A stretch of 42,995 bases of DNA from Stellaceae bacterium (GCA_035632395.1 DASQGX010000138.1:1-42995); one strand, 5' to 3'. Positions 1 to 8,917 are shown, numbered from the stretch's first letter. Notes: generated from the letters alone by a model not told the origin. Translations and numbers: made by a program.

Positions 1-1
1 G

Positions 2-2602
2 AACTTCCTCGGCGGCACCGTCGATAACAACGGCGCCGGCGCGGTGATCACCAACAACGCCTCGACGCTCCAGAACGACGGCGCGCTCACCAACGAGAAC
101 GTCGCGCAGATCGTCAACCAGAACGGCGCGACGCTCAACAACACCGGCACGCTGACCAACCAGACCGGAGCAACCATCAGCAACGACGCGACCAGCACGT
201 TCGCCAACACCGGCACGCTCACCAACGTCACCGGCGGCGGCGCGATCACCAACAACGGCACGATGACCAACAGCGCCGGCGGCAGCGTCACCATCCAGTC
301 GGGCGCGGCGCTCAACGGCACCGGCACCTATACCCAGACCGACTCGACCAGCAACACCACGGTCGACGGCACCTGGACCCAGGCCCTGACCGATATCGAG
401 AACGGCAACCTCAATGGCTCCGGCACCGTCAACGGCGCGGTGTACAACAACACGCCGTCTGGCACCGGCCCGGGCATCACCGGCACTGCGGGCGGCATCA
501 CCCTCACCGGTCCGGTTGCCGGCACCGGCAACTATTCCGGCACCGTGACCTTCCAGGGCTCGCTGTCGCCCGGCAACACCACCTCGTCCGCGGTCAACCC
601 GAACACTCCAGACAAGACCTCGGGCACTTTCCTGCCGAACCCGACCCCGAACTTCCCGGTCGGCACCGGCTCGGCCGCGGCGATTACCAGCACCGGCACC
701 ATGATCTTCGCGCCCAGCAACACGCTCTATCTGGACGTGATGGCGCCTACCACCGGCGGTACGACCTACGACCAAATCAACACCGCGGCGGCGCAGCTCG
801 GTGGCACCATGACGCTGGTCCCGAACTCGACCGTGGCGCCCGGCTCCTACGATTTGATGCACTCGAGCGCGAACGGCATAACCGGCGATTCCGCTACCAC
901 CCAGATGCTGAGCCTCGGCGGCACGACCGACACGTACCTCAAGAGCAATACGGTGACGTCGTCCGACGACACCGCCGTGCTCGGCAGCGTCGCGTCAGAT
1001 TACGGCCTCACCGGCGTCAACAACACCTTCAGCCAGATCGGCGGCAACGGCGCGGCGGGCCAGAACGGCAATAGCGTCGCTCCGTCGCTCACCACAGCAA
1101 GCTCCGGCGCGACTTTCGCCACCGGCGGCACCGGCGGCTCTGCCTCCACCCCCGGCAGCGGCGGCAATGGCAGCGCCACGAACGTCGTCACCGGTTCCGG
1201 CACCTCGCTGGCAGTCGGCACCGGCGGCACCGGCGGCGACGCCAGCGGCGTCGGCACCGGCGGCGCTGGCGGCATCGGCAGCGCCAACTCGACCATGAAC
1301 GGCGGTACCGGCTCGGCCAACGCCATCTCGACCGGCGGCGTCGGCGGCCTCGGCACCGGCGGCGACAACGGTGGCGCCGGCGGCACCGCCACCTCCGTGG
1401 CCAATGCGACCAACGGCGTGACCGGCATCACAGCGAACGCCACCTCGACCGGCGGCAACGGCGGCAGCGCCATCGGCGGCGGCGTCGGCGGCAACGGCGG
1501 CAACGCCTCGTCCAGCGCCAACGCGGCGACCACCGACAACGTCAACCCTGCGATCGCCAATGCCTTCTCGACCGGCGGTCAGGGCGGCAGCCCGGGTGGC
1601 GTCGGCGGCACCGCGACCTCGAATGCCAATGCGTTTAGCGCCAGCAGCGGCCCGGTCGGTGCGGACGCAGTCGCCACGTCGTTCCAGAACACGGCACAAG
1701 CGACGGCCAACGGCACTTCGACCGGCGGCGGAAGCGGGACGCTGACCACCACGCTGCTCGACGGTCAGGGCAATACTCTGTTCAGCATCGGCAATGTCGG
1801 CTCGCAAGCCTCCGCGACGACAGACGGCGCCAATGCCTCGCCCAACACGCCGTCCGTCACGGCCGCAGGTTCGGCCACGATCGGCAGCCCGGCGACCTCG
1901 TTCGCCCAGAGTACGTTCGCGCAGAACGTCTCGACCACGGCGCCGATTTCGCCGTTCAGCCAGACGAACCCGATCCCGGACAACAGCTACACGCTCGGCA
2001 ATCTGATGCCGACCGGGTTGACGCCGGGCTTCTACGCGGCCAATCCGGCGGCGAGCGCGGCCTTCAACAATCCGGGCGCTTCTGTCATCGCCTCCGGCCT
2101 GTTGGGTGTCGGCGCCACGAGCGCGATCTCGACCCCGCACACCTACACCTCGTCGCTCACGTTCACGGATACGGGCGCGAATGCGGCGGGCCGCAACGTG
2201 ATCGTCAGCGTGCTCAACAACGGCAGCTCGGGCTACTCCGGCGGGAGCTTCGGCTCGCTCGAGTTCTACCTGACCGAGACCGGCAAGACCGGCAAGCTCG
2301 ACGACCAAACCTTCTCGACGCTAGCCAACGCGCTCGCCGCTCTCACCAACGTCAACTACAACCTCGGCACGGTGGCGGGCAGCGGCCTGTTCGATGTGAC
2401 CGCGAACCTGGTGTTCGACACCTCCTCGTTCAGCGGCTTCCAGACCAGCATGCTGTTCGGCTACTCGGGCACGTCGTCGGTGCCGGAGCCGGCGAGTTGG
2501 CTGTTGTTCGGCAGCGGTATCCTCGGCCTCGGTTTCCTGGAGATGCAACGCCGGCGCAAGCAGGCCGGGGCCGCCAAAGGTGCCGGCGGAATCGCGGCCT
2601 AA
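2..2602 (+). CDS. PEP-CTERM-anchored Gly/Thr/Asn-rich repeat protein, probably secreted or surface (5' end cut by window edge)
   Basis: The frame is open from the window edge: codons before the GTG at 44 read NFLGGTVDNNGAGA in frame. The N-terminal part has TLxNxG-type repeats, the centre is a GGxGG glycine-rich block, and the C-terminus is VPEPASWLLFGSGILGLGFLEMQRRRK (2480-2560), which is a PEP motif plus TM helix plus basic cluster. Stop TAA 2600-2602. Confidence 0.75.
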   Translation, partial: NFLGGTVDNNGAGAVITNNASTLQNDGALTNENVAQIVNQNGATLNNTGTLTNQTGATISNDATSTFANTGTLTNVTGGGAITNNGTMTNSAGGSVTIQSGAALNGTGTYTQTDSTSNTTVDGTWTQALTDIENGNLNGSGTVNGAVYNNTPSGTGPGITGTAGGITLTGPVAGTGNYSGTVTFQGSLSPGNTTSSAVNPNTPDKTSGTFLPNPTPNFPVGTGSAAAITSTGTMIFAPSNTLYLDVMAPTTGGTTYDQINTAAAQLGGTMTLVPNSTVAPGSYDLMHSSANGITGDSATTQMLSLGGTTDTYLKSNTVTSSDDTAVLGSVASDYGLTGVNNTFSQIGGNGAAGQNGNSVAPSLTTASSGATFATGGTGGSASTPGSGGNGSATNVVTGSGTSLAVGTGGTGGDASGVGTGGAGGIGSANSTMNGGTGSANAISTGGVGGLGTGGDNGGAGGTATSVANATNGVTGITANATSTGGNGGSAIGGGVGGNGGNASSSANAATTDNVNPAIANAFSTGGQGGSPGGVGGTATSNANAFSASSGPVGADAVATSFQNTAQATANGTSTGGGSGTLTTTLLDGQGNTLFSIGNVGSQASATTDGANASPNTPSVTAAGSATIGSPATSFAQSTFAQNVSTTAPISPFSQTNPIPDNSYTLGNLMPTGLTPGFYAANPAASAAFNNPGASVIASGLLGVGATSAISTPHTYTSSLTFTDTGANAAGRNVIVSVLNNGSSGYSGGSFGSLEFYLTETGKTGKLDDQTFSTLANALAALTNVNYNLGTVAGSGLFDVTANLVFDTSSFSGFQTSMLFGYSGTSSVPEPASWLLFGSGILGLGFLEMQRRRKQAGAAKGAGGIAA

Positions 2603-2628
2603 CATTCACTGAAGGACTATCGGACGAC

Positions 2629-2658
2629 GAGGCCGCCGCAAGGCGGCCTCTTTTTTTT
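2629..2658 (+). terminator. Rho-independent terminator between convergent genes
   Basis: Stem GAGGCCGCC / GGCGGCCTC with a 4-nt loop (GCAA), followed by T8. It lies 27 nt after the stop of the PEP-CTERM gene. Confidence 0.75.
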
Positions 2659-2663
2659 GCCGC

Positions 2664-3560
2664 TTACTGCGCGGCGTCGATCGCGATCAGCGACGACCGC
2701 CGGCCGACCGCAAGGAATTTCGCCGGATTGAGCGGCCGGCCGTCGATCCGCACCTCATAGTGCAGATGCGGACCGGTGCTGCGGCCGGTGCTGCCGACCA
2801 GGCCGATGCGCTGATGCTCGTCGACGCGGTCGCCGACGCGGACCAGAATCCGAGACAGGTGAGCATAGCGCGTCTGGATGCCGTTGCCGTGGCTGATCTC
2901 GATCATTCGTCCGTAGGCGCCGTCGACACCAGCGAAGTCCACAATCCCTGGCGCCGTGGTGTAGACGGCTTCGCCGTATTCGGCCTCAAGGTCGATGCCG
3001 GGATGGAAGGCACGCTCGCCGTTGAACGGGTCGCGGCGGATGCCGAACGGACTGTTGATGGCGTAATGCAACAGCGGCGCGGCGAACGGCATGCGCGCAA
3101 TCAACTGTTCGAGCTGTGCCAGACGGCTCGGGTCGAGCGCGGCGTCACGGATCGCCGCCAACGGGACCAACGGTCCGCCTTCGTCGGTGCGATGCGCAGG
3201 GGCAGCATGATGCAGCAAGGTCTCGAGATTGACGCCGGCAGCGCGTAGTTGCGCGAGGCCGGCGTTCTCGCGTGCCAACAGCACCGGATCGAGGATGGTT
3301 GCATGGCCGCGCAGCGGCTCGGCTTCGACGGTTTTGGGCGCGGGCTTCGGCGGCACGGCGGGCGCCGCCTGGGCTACGGTGGCAGTCGGCTTGGTTGCCG
3401 CTGCGGGCTTCGCAACGACCGCCGCGGGATGCGGCGCAACGGGATGTACCAATGCGCGCAATGCCAGCGCGCCGACCGCGAGATGCAGACTGGCGACCAG
3501 CAGGACGCTGACCGAAATCGGACGCACGATCGCGCGATACGCTGAGACGAGCGAACTCAC
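2664..3560 (-). CDS. M23 family metallopeptidase (LytM domain) with N-terminal TM helix and Ala/Pro-rich linker
   Basis: HPGIDLEA (HxxxD) and GPHLHYEV (HxH) zinc motifs, and the block GLVGSTGRSTGPHLH. The hydrophobic N-terminus is ISVSVLLVASLHLAVGALAL. Confidence 0.9.
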   Translation of the reverse strand: MSSLVSAYRAIVRPISVSVLLVASLHLAVGALALRALVHPVAPHPAAVVAKPAAATKPTATVAQAAPAVPPKPAPKTVEAEPLRGHATILDPVLLARENAGLAQLRAAGVNLETLLHHAAPAHRTDEGGPLVPLAAIRDAALDPSRLAQLEQLIARMPFAAPLLHYAINSPFGIRRDPFNGERAFHPGIDLEAEYGEAVYTTAPGIVDFAGVDGAYGRMIEISHGNGIQTRYAHLSRILVRVGDRVDEHQRIGLVGSTGRSTGPHLHYEVRIDGRPLNPAKFLAVGRRSSLIAIDAAQ

Positions 3561-3632
3561 GATGGCCTTGATTTCCCCCCGAACCCGAAACGGGTCCAGG
3601 AGCGAAGATAAGGCCGCGCCGTTAAAGCTGGC

Positions 3633-4466
3633 TTAACCCTCGGGTGACGGCGGGACGTGCGCGGTCAAACCGCGTTTGGACAGGACGGTCCAAGCCTCTT
3701 CCGCGGTATTGGCGAACTCGAACAGCGCCAAGTCGTCGCGATTTATGGTTTCGGCTTCGGCGAGCGCGTCAAAGTTAATAACTCGTTTCCAATAATCGGT
3801 GCCGAACAGGATGATCGGCACCGACGGCGCCTTGCGCGTCTGCACCAGCGTGAGGATCTCGAACAGCTCGTCGAAGGTGCCGAACCCGCCCGGGAACGCC
3901 ACCAGCGCATTGGCCCGCATCGCCAGATGCATCTTGCGCATGCCGAAATAATGGAATTGGAAGGTGAGCTCGGGCGTCGTGTACGGGTTCGGATGCTGCT
4001 CGTGCGGCAGCGATATGTTGAAGCCGATGGTCGGCGCGCCGGCCTCGTGCGCGCCGCGATTGGCGGCTTCCATGATGCCGGGACCGCCGCCGGTGGCGAT
4101 GACGTTGTCGCGCCAGCGGCGATGTGGCGCGAAGGCGCCGCCGCGTTCCGACACGATGCGGCCGAGGTCGCGTGCGGCCTGATACCACGCGACGCGCAAA
4201 TCGATGCGTTGACGCTCGACGTCGGTCTTTGCCGCCTGGCGCAGCGCCACCGCGCGCTCGGGCGATGGCGTGCGGGCGCTGCCAAAGACGACGACCGTCG
4301 AGCGCACGCCCCAGTCACGCAGCAGAAATTCGGCTTTGGCGTATTCGATGGCGAAGCGCAGGTCGCGCAGCTCGTCACGCGTCGAGATGAAATCGCTGTC
4401 GAGCACCGGCAGTATGTAGCTCGACGAGCGCTCTTGCGGCGTGCTGGGTGGCGGGGCATCCGGCAT
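3633..4466 (-). CDS. LOG family / TIGR00730 Rossmann-fold nucleotide-binding protein (phosphoribohydrolase-like)
   Basis: GGGPGIMEAANRGA and PGGFGTFDELFE (PGGxGTxxE) motifs. Confidence 0.85.
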   Translation of the reverse strand: MPDAPPPSTPQERSSSYILPVLDSDFISTRDELRDLRFAIEYAKAEFLLRDWGVRSTVVVFGSARTPSPERAVALRQAAKTDVERQRIDLRVAWYQAARDLGRIVSERGGAFAPHRRWRDNVIATGGGPGIMEAANRGAHEAGAPTIGFNISLPHEQHPNPYTTPELTFQFHYFGMRKMHLAMRANALVAFPGGFGTFDELFEILTLVQTRKAPSVPIILFGTDYWKRVINFDALAEAETINRDDLALFEFANTAEEAWTVLSKRGLTAHVPPSPEG

Positions 4467-4539
4467 GCTGTTATTTCCCTTCCGATTACGGCCGCCGCAT
4501 CATGTCACGCCGTCATGGCGACGGGAACGCTTGCGACAC

Positions 4540-6408
4540 TTATTTGGCGGCGGCGTAATCGTAATCGCCCTGCGCCTGGAGCCAGCGCGCCTCGGCCACG
4601 GCAAGGGCGCGGGCCGCATCGGCACGCGCTTTCGCCATTGCCGCCGCCTGGGCGGGAGCGCGCGTGAACAGGTCCGGCGCGGCCAGCGCGGCGTCGAGTT
4701 CTTTGATCTGCGCGCCAAGCGCCGTCACTTCGCGTTCGGCCGCATCGGCGCGCTGCTTCAGTGGTTTCAGGCGCCGGCGCTTGTCGCTGTCGCTTTCGCG
4801 CCGTGGCGCCGGCGTGTCGCTCTCGATGGTTCGCGTTGCGGTGTTGCCCGGCGACAGCAGGAAACGGCGATAATCGTCGAGATCGCCATCGAACGGCTCG
4901 ACGCGGCCATCGGCGACCAGCATCAGCCGGTCCGCCGTTGCCTCGAGCAGCCTGCGGTCGTGGCTGACCAGGATCACCGCGCCGGCGAAATCGTTGAGCG
5001 CGGTCAGAAGCTCATTGCGCGCGTCGATATCGAGATGGTTGGTCGGCTCGTCGAGAATGAGCAGATTCGGTTTATCGAGCGTCGCCAACGCCAGCATCAG
5101 CCGCGCGCGCTCGCCGCCCGATAGGCTCGCCACCTTCGTCGTCGCTTTGGTCGCGGAGAAACCGAAGCCGCCGAGCTGCGTGCGGAGCGCCTGAACTGGC
5201 AGCTTTGGCCGGAGCTCCGCCAGAGTCTCCAGCGGCGTCAGGCGGCCGTCCAGTTCCTCCAGCTGATGCTGCGCGAAGTAACCGGGCACCAATTTGCGTG
5301 CGCGCGTAAGCTCGCCGCTCATCGGCGCCAGCTTGCCGGCGAGCAGCTTGGCGAAGGTCGACTTGCCGTTGCCGTTCTTGCCCAACAGCGCGATGCGATC
5401 GTCGGGATCGAAACGCAGCGACAGATGCGCCAGCACCGGCCGGCCCGGTTCGTAACCGACCGACACCCGATCCATGGTGACAAGCGGCGGGCTCGCCGGC
5501 AGCGGCTCCGGCAGCCGGATCGGCGCGACGTGCTCGTCGACCGGCACCGCGACCATTTCCATGCGCGCCAGCATCTTGAGACGGCTTTGTGCCTGGCGCG
5601 CTTTCGACGCCTTGGCGCGGAAGCGGTCGACGAAAGCCTGCATGTGCTTGCGCGCGGCTTCCTGTTTCTTGGCGAAGGCGGCCTGGTTGGCGCGCTGGGC
5701 CGCGCGCGTTTCGACAAAGGTGTCGTAGCCGCCGGTGTAGAGCGTGAGCTTGCCGTGCTCGAGATGGAGGATGAAATCGACCGCCGTGTTGAGCAGATCG
5801 CGGTCGTGACTGACGATCAGCACGGTGCCACGATAGCGGCGCAGAAAGTCTTCGAGCCAAAGCAGGCCTTCGAGATCGAGATAATTGGTCGGCTCGTCGA
5901 GCAGCAAGAGATCGGGTGCAGCGAACAGGATCGCCGCCAGCGCCACGCGCATGCGCCAGCCGCCGGAGAATTCGGCGCAGGGCCGCGCCTGTTCCGCGGC
6001 CGAGAATCCAAGGCCCGACAGGATGCTCGCGGCACGCGCCGGCGCGGCATAGGCGTCGATCGCGTCGAGCCGCGCGTGGATCTCGCCGATTGCGTGGCCG
6101 TCGATTTCAATTTCGGCTGCCGCCATCAAAGCGGCGCGCTCACGATCGGCGGCCAGCACGGTGTCGAGCAGGCTGACGTCGCTGCCGGGCGCCTCTTGCG
6201 CCACCGCGCCGATCTTCCAGTCTCTTGGCCACGCAACGTTGCCGCCGTCGGTTGCAAGCTCGCCGAGGATCACCTTCAGCAGCGTCGATTTTCCCGCGCC
6301 GTTGCGGCCGACCAGACCGATGCGCCGGCCTGCCGGCAGATTGGCGCTGGCGCCGGCCAGGATCTCGCGGCCGGCGATACGGACGGTGACGTTGTCGATG
6401 CAAAGCAT
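4540..6408 (-). CDS. ABC-F family ATPase (two ABC domains, no TM domain, C-terminal coiled coil)
   Basis: Two Walker A motifs (GRNGAGKST, GKNGNGKST), two signature motifs (FSGGWRMR, LSGGERAR), two Walker B motifs (LLLLDEPTN, LLILDEPTN), and a charged C-terminal tail. Confidence 0.9.
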   Translation of the reverse strand: MLCIDNVTVRIAGREILAGASANLPAGRRIGLVGRNGAGKSTLLKVILGELATDGGNVAWPRDWKIGAVAQEAPGSDVSLLDTVLAADRERAALMAAAEIEIDGHAIGEIHARLDAIDAYAAPARAASILSGLGFSAAEQARPCAEFSGGWRMRVALAAILFAAPDLLLLDEPTNYLDLEGLLWLEDFLRRYRGTVLIVSHDRDLLNTAVDFILHLEHGKLTLYTGGYDTFVETRAAQRANQAAFAKKQEAARKHMQAFVDRFRAKASKARQAQSRLKMLARMEMVAVPVDEHVAPIRLPEPLPASPPLVTMDRVSVGYEPGRPVLAHLSLRFDPDDRIALLGKNGNGKSTFAKLLAGKLAPMSGELTRARKLVPGYFAQHQLEELDGRLTPLETLAELRPKLPVQALRTQLGGFGFSATKATTKVASLSGGERARLMLALATLDKPNLLILDEPTNHLDIDARNELLTALNDFAGAVILVSHDRRLLEATADRLMLVADGRVEPFDGDLDDYRRFLLSPGNTATRTIESDTPAPRRESDSDKRRRLKPLKQRADAAEREVTALGAQIKELDAALAAPDLFTRAPAQAAAMAKARADAARALAVAEARWLQAQGDYDYAAAK

Positions 6409-6451
6409 GGCGGCGGCTGGTCGGCGGTCGTCGCCGCGATTGAGAAGAAAC

Positions 6452-6526
6452 TGGAGCGGGCGAAGGGATTCGAACCCTCGACCCCAACCTTGGCAAGGTT
6501 GTGCTCTACCCCTGAGCTACGCCCGC
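6452..6526 (-). tRNA. tRNA-Gly (anticodon GCC), CCA encoded
   Basis: The reverse complement reads GCGGGCG-UA-GCUC-AGGGGUA-GAGC-A-CAACC-UUGCCAA-GGUUG-GGGUC-GAGGG-UUCGAAU-CCCUU-CGCCCGC-U-CCA. It folds by hand into a full cloverleaf with a GTTCGAAT T-loop. Confidence 0.9.
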
Positions 6527-6604
6527 GCTCCGAACGGCGGCGATCATGCAAAACCCCGGCGGGCATTGCAAGCCGCGAAGCCGCCTTGGTTTACGGGATC
6601 GGTC

Positions 6605-7375
6605 TTAAGCGGCGCTTAAGGTGGCCGGTACCACCGCGGAGACCTCGTCAACCACAAGGCCGAATTGCTCGCGCAGCCCGGTTACGCCCGCTGGCGTCAC
6701 CCTTATGCCGCGCCCCCGCGGCCCGTTGCCGCGCTCGAGCCAACCGAGCGCCGTCAGCCGCGCCAACATCCGTACGCCCGCCGGTCCCGCCAGATGGTTG
6801 CGGCGTTCGGTCCAGTCGAGACATTTGCGCGCCATGCCGCGACGGTCAGGTTTCAGATCGTCGAGCGCGACGCCGAACGCAGCGAATCGTTCGCGGCCTT
6901 CTTGGGTAATGACGTAGCGCTCGTCGTCGCTGGCGATTTCGGACAGCCAGCGCTGCCGCACCAGCGCGTCCGCCAGCGCGACGCCGAGCCTGCCCGCAAT
7001 ATGGTCGTAACAGCTGCGCGCCGCGCGCAATTGCCGCGCCTGAGGCGAGCGTGGCGTTTCCAAGCTCTTCACCGGCGGCGCGAGGCCGGCGAGTCCTTCA
7101 AGCACGTGCGCGACTTCGGTGTTGGCGAGGCAATAGTAGCGATGCCGGCCGGCGCTGCGGAGCTTCAACAATCCGCCGGCGACCAGCTTGCCGAGATGGT
7201 TGCTCGCCGATTGCGCCGAGATGCCGGCGGCATAGGCAAGCGCAGTGGCTGGTTGGGCGCGGCCGTCGAGCAGCGCGACCAGGATCGCGGCGCGCGCCGG
7301 ATCGGCAATCAGTGCGGCAGGCACGGCGACATTGGCTTCCATAAGCGGCTCCGGCGGATGGGCGTGAGTCCACAC
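6605..7375 (-). CDS. ArsR/SmtB-type winged-helix regulator with a long duplicated C-terminal extension
   Basis: The N-terminal ArsR HTH is ADPARAAILVALLDGRAQPATALAYAAGISAQSASNHLGKLVAGGLLKLRSAGRHRYY. At 256 aa it is about twice the usual ArsR size. An alternative start is at 7342 (MEANVAV). It is divergent from the MFS gene. Confidence 0.75.
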   Translation of the reverse strand: MWTHAHPPEPLMEANVAVPAALIADPARAAILVALLDGRAQPATALAYAAGISAQSASNHLGKLVAGGLLKLRSAGRHRYYCLANTEVAHVLEGLAGLAPPVKSLETPRSPQARQLRAARSCYDHIAGRLGVALADALVRQRWLSEIASDDERYVITQEGRERFAAFGVALDDLKPDRRGMARKCLDWTERRNHLAGPAGVRMLARLTALGWLERGNGPRGRGIRVTPAGVTGLREQFGLVVDEVSAVVPATLSAA

Positions 7376-7396
7376 TATATGGCAACGCCGTGGAAT

Positions 7397-7416
7397 GTTT
7401 CACCCGCGGGTGAAAC
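7397..7416. promoter_or_regulatory. Perfect 20-bp palindrome, probable operator in the ArsR/MFS divergent intergenic region
   Basis: GTTTCACCCG|CGGGTGAAAC is perfectly self-complementary. It generates the mirror-image MFHPRVK ORF starts on both strands in the ORF track. Confidence 0.6.
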
Positions 7417-7448
7417 AATCAGACGCGCGCAGTCTCTATCGTCCGCGC

Positions 7449-8855
7449 ATGACCGACGAAAACGCTTCTTCCATGCGCGGTGTTGGGCGCGGTGTCGGCG
7501 CCGCGCTTGCGGCCGCCAGCCTCGGCTTCGGCCTGATCCAGCTCGATGTCACCATCGTCAACGTCGCGTTGCCGCGCATCGGGACGGAACTGCACGCGCC
7601 GGTCGACATGCTGCAATGGGTGGTGGACGCCTATGCATTGGTCTTTGCCGTGCTGCTGTTGAGCGCCGGCGTGCTCGGCGACCGTTCCGGTGCGCGGCGA
7701 ATTTTCCGCGCCGGTCTTGCGCTGTTCGCCATGGCCTCGCTCGGCTGTGGGTTTGCGCCTGGCACCGGTGCGCTGATCGCGATGCGGGCGGTGCAAGGTG
7801 CCGGCGCGGCGGCAATGCTGCCGGCCTCGCTGGCGCTGCTCAACCATGCTTGCCATCACGACGGTCGGCTGCGGGCGCGTGCCGTCGGCCTATGGACGGC
7901 CGCAGGCGGCGTCACCATCGCCGCCGGTCCGCTGATCGGCGGTTTGCTGATCGCAGCCGGCAGCTGGCGAACGATCTTTCTGGTCAATCTGCCGATCTGC
8001 GTTGTGGGCGCGTGGCTGACCACCCGCGTCGACGAAATCGAACGCGCGCCGCGCGCACCGCATTTCGATCTCGCCGGCCAAGTGTTGGCGATCGCGGCAC
8101 TGACCGGTCTGACTGGCGGTGTCATCGAACTGCGGCCGTTGGGTCTGGACCATCCGTTGGTGCTGGGCGGTTTCGCCGTTGCGCTGATCGCGGGCACCGC
8201 CTTCGTCCGCTGCGAGGCACGCAGCCCTGCGCCGATGTTGCCACTAAGTCTCTTCCGTCTGCCGAGTTTCAGTCCGGCAGTCGGCTTCGGCGTTCTCGCG
8301 AACCTGACTTATTACGGCATCGTTTTCGTGCTCAGCCTCTATCTCCAGCGTGTGCTCGGCTATAGCGCCTTCGCCGCCGGCTTGGCGTATTTGCCGCTGA
8401 CCGCGACCTTCATCGTCTCGAATGTCGCCAGCGGCTGGGTTATGGGTCGTGCCGGCACGCGCCGGCCGATGATCGCCGGCGCGCTGGTCGGTGCTGCCGG
8501 TTTCGCACTACTGCTCGGACTCGGAGCGGGCACGCCTTATTGGCGCATGCTGCCCGGCTTTGCGCCGATCCCGCTCGGCATGGGGTTGGCGGTGCCGGCG
8601 ATGACGACCACCATCCTGTCGGCAGTCGACAAGACCGCCTCAGGCGTCGCCGCGGCCGTCCTCAATGCCGCGCGCCAGGCCGGCGGCGCGATAGGCGTCG
8701 CACTGTTCGGTGCCTTTGCCGGCAACGGTCATATCGTCGCCGGCGTGCACGCAGCCGTGTTGACGGCGGTGGCGGCGATGCTGACGGCTGCCGGCCTGGC
8801 CGCCTGGGGCATCGCCGATCATCGGACCATCGCGCTGAGGCCGGAACGCGCCTGA
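7449..8855 (+). CDS. MFS transporter, DHA2 (EmrB/QacA-like, 14-TM) drug/proton antiporter family
   Basis: LGFGLIQLDVTIVNVALP near the N-terminus, LGDRSGARRIF (MFS motif A-like), and many TM segments. I moved the start from 7395 to the ATG at 7449 because 7395 lies inside the palindrome. Confidence 0.85.
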   Translation: MTDENASSMRGVGRGVGAALAAASLGFGLIQLDVTIVNVALPRIGTELHAPVDMLQWVVDAYALVFAVLLLSAGVLGDRSGARRIFRAGLALFAMASLGCGFAPGTGALIAMRAVQGAGAAAMLPASLALLNHACHHDGRLRARAVGLWTAAGGVTIAAGPLIGGLLIAAGSWRTIFLVNLPICVVGAWLTTRVDEIERAPRAPHFDLAGQVLAIAALTGLTGGVIELRPLGLDHPLVLGGFAVALIAGTAFVRCEARSPAPMLPLSLFRLPSFSPAVGFGVLANLTYYGIVFVLSLYLQRVLGYSAFAAGLAYLPLTATFIVSNVASGWVMGRAGTRRPMIAGALVGAAGFALLLGLGAGTPYWRMLPGFAPIPLGMGLAVPAMTTTILSAVDKTASGVAAAVLNAARQAGGAIGVALFGAFAGNGHIVAGVHAAVLTAVAAMLTAAGLAAWGIADHRTIALRPERA

Positions 8856-8867
8856 TTCCGGAAGGTC

Positions 8868-8896
8868 CTTGCCATTATTGTGCCGCACCGCCATTT
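8868..8896 (+). promoter_or_regulatory. Candidate RpoH (sigma-32)-type promoter
   Basis: CTTGCCA-N14-CGCCATTT compared with the E. coli sigma-32 consensus CTTGAAA-N13-15-CCCCATNT. It lies 22 nt upstream of the thioredoxin-TPR gene start. Confidence 0.3.
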
Positions 8897-8917
8897 ATCT
8901 GGGCGGAAAGGACCCCA

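Noticed and set aside
1060-1760. Repetitive GGC/ACC-rich DNA that could be mistaken for a tandem-repeat or CRISPR-like array.
   Set aside because: The repeats are degenerate, in frame, and encode the GGxGG core of the PEP-CTERM protein. There is no repeat/spacer periodicity.
995-2308. A 437-aa minus-strand ORF (plus 1000-1560 and other nested ORFs) overlapping the PEP-CTERM gene.
   Set aside because: It is Arg/Ala/Gly-rich low-complexity sequence and the mirror image of the GGC-rich sense repeats. The plus frame carries a recognisable sorting signal and a terminator. It is a typical high-G+C antisense artefact.
6409-6604. The tRNA-Gly as a possible genomic-island integration site for the ArsR-MFS pair.
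   Set aside because: I saw no integrase and no direct repeat of the tRNA 3' end. The tRNA 3' end faces the housekeeping ABC-F gene, not the ArsR-MFS pair.
5266-6909. A 547-aa plus-strand ORF spanning the antisense of the ABC-F gene, the tRNA-Gly and part of the ArsR gene.
   Set aside because: It runs straight through a tRNA gene and is Arg-rich with no motifs. The opposite strand encodes clear ABC-F and ArsR proteins.
7395-7418. Two ORFs on opposite strands that both begin MFHPRVK.
   Set aside because: They are a by-product of the perfect 20-bp palindrome. The real MFS start is more likely the ATG at 7449, and the minus 106-aa ORF lies in the intergenic/ArsR region out of frame.
6665-8365. 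A 566-aa plus-strand ORF.
   Set aside because: It is antisense to the ArsR gene and out of frame over the MFS gene, with Arg/Ala-rich composition and no motifs.
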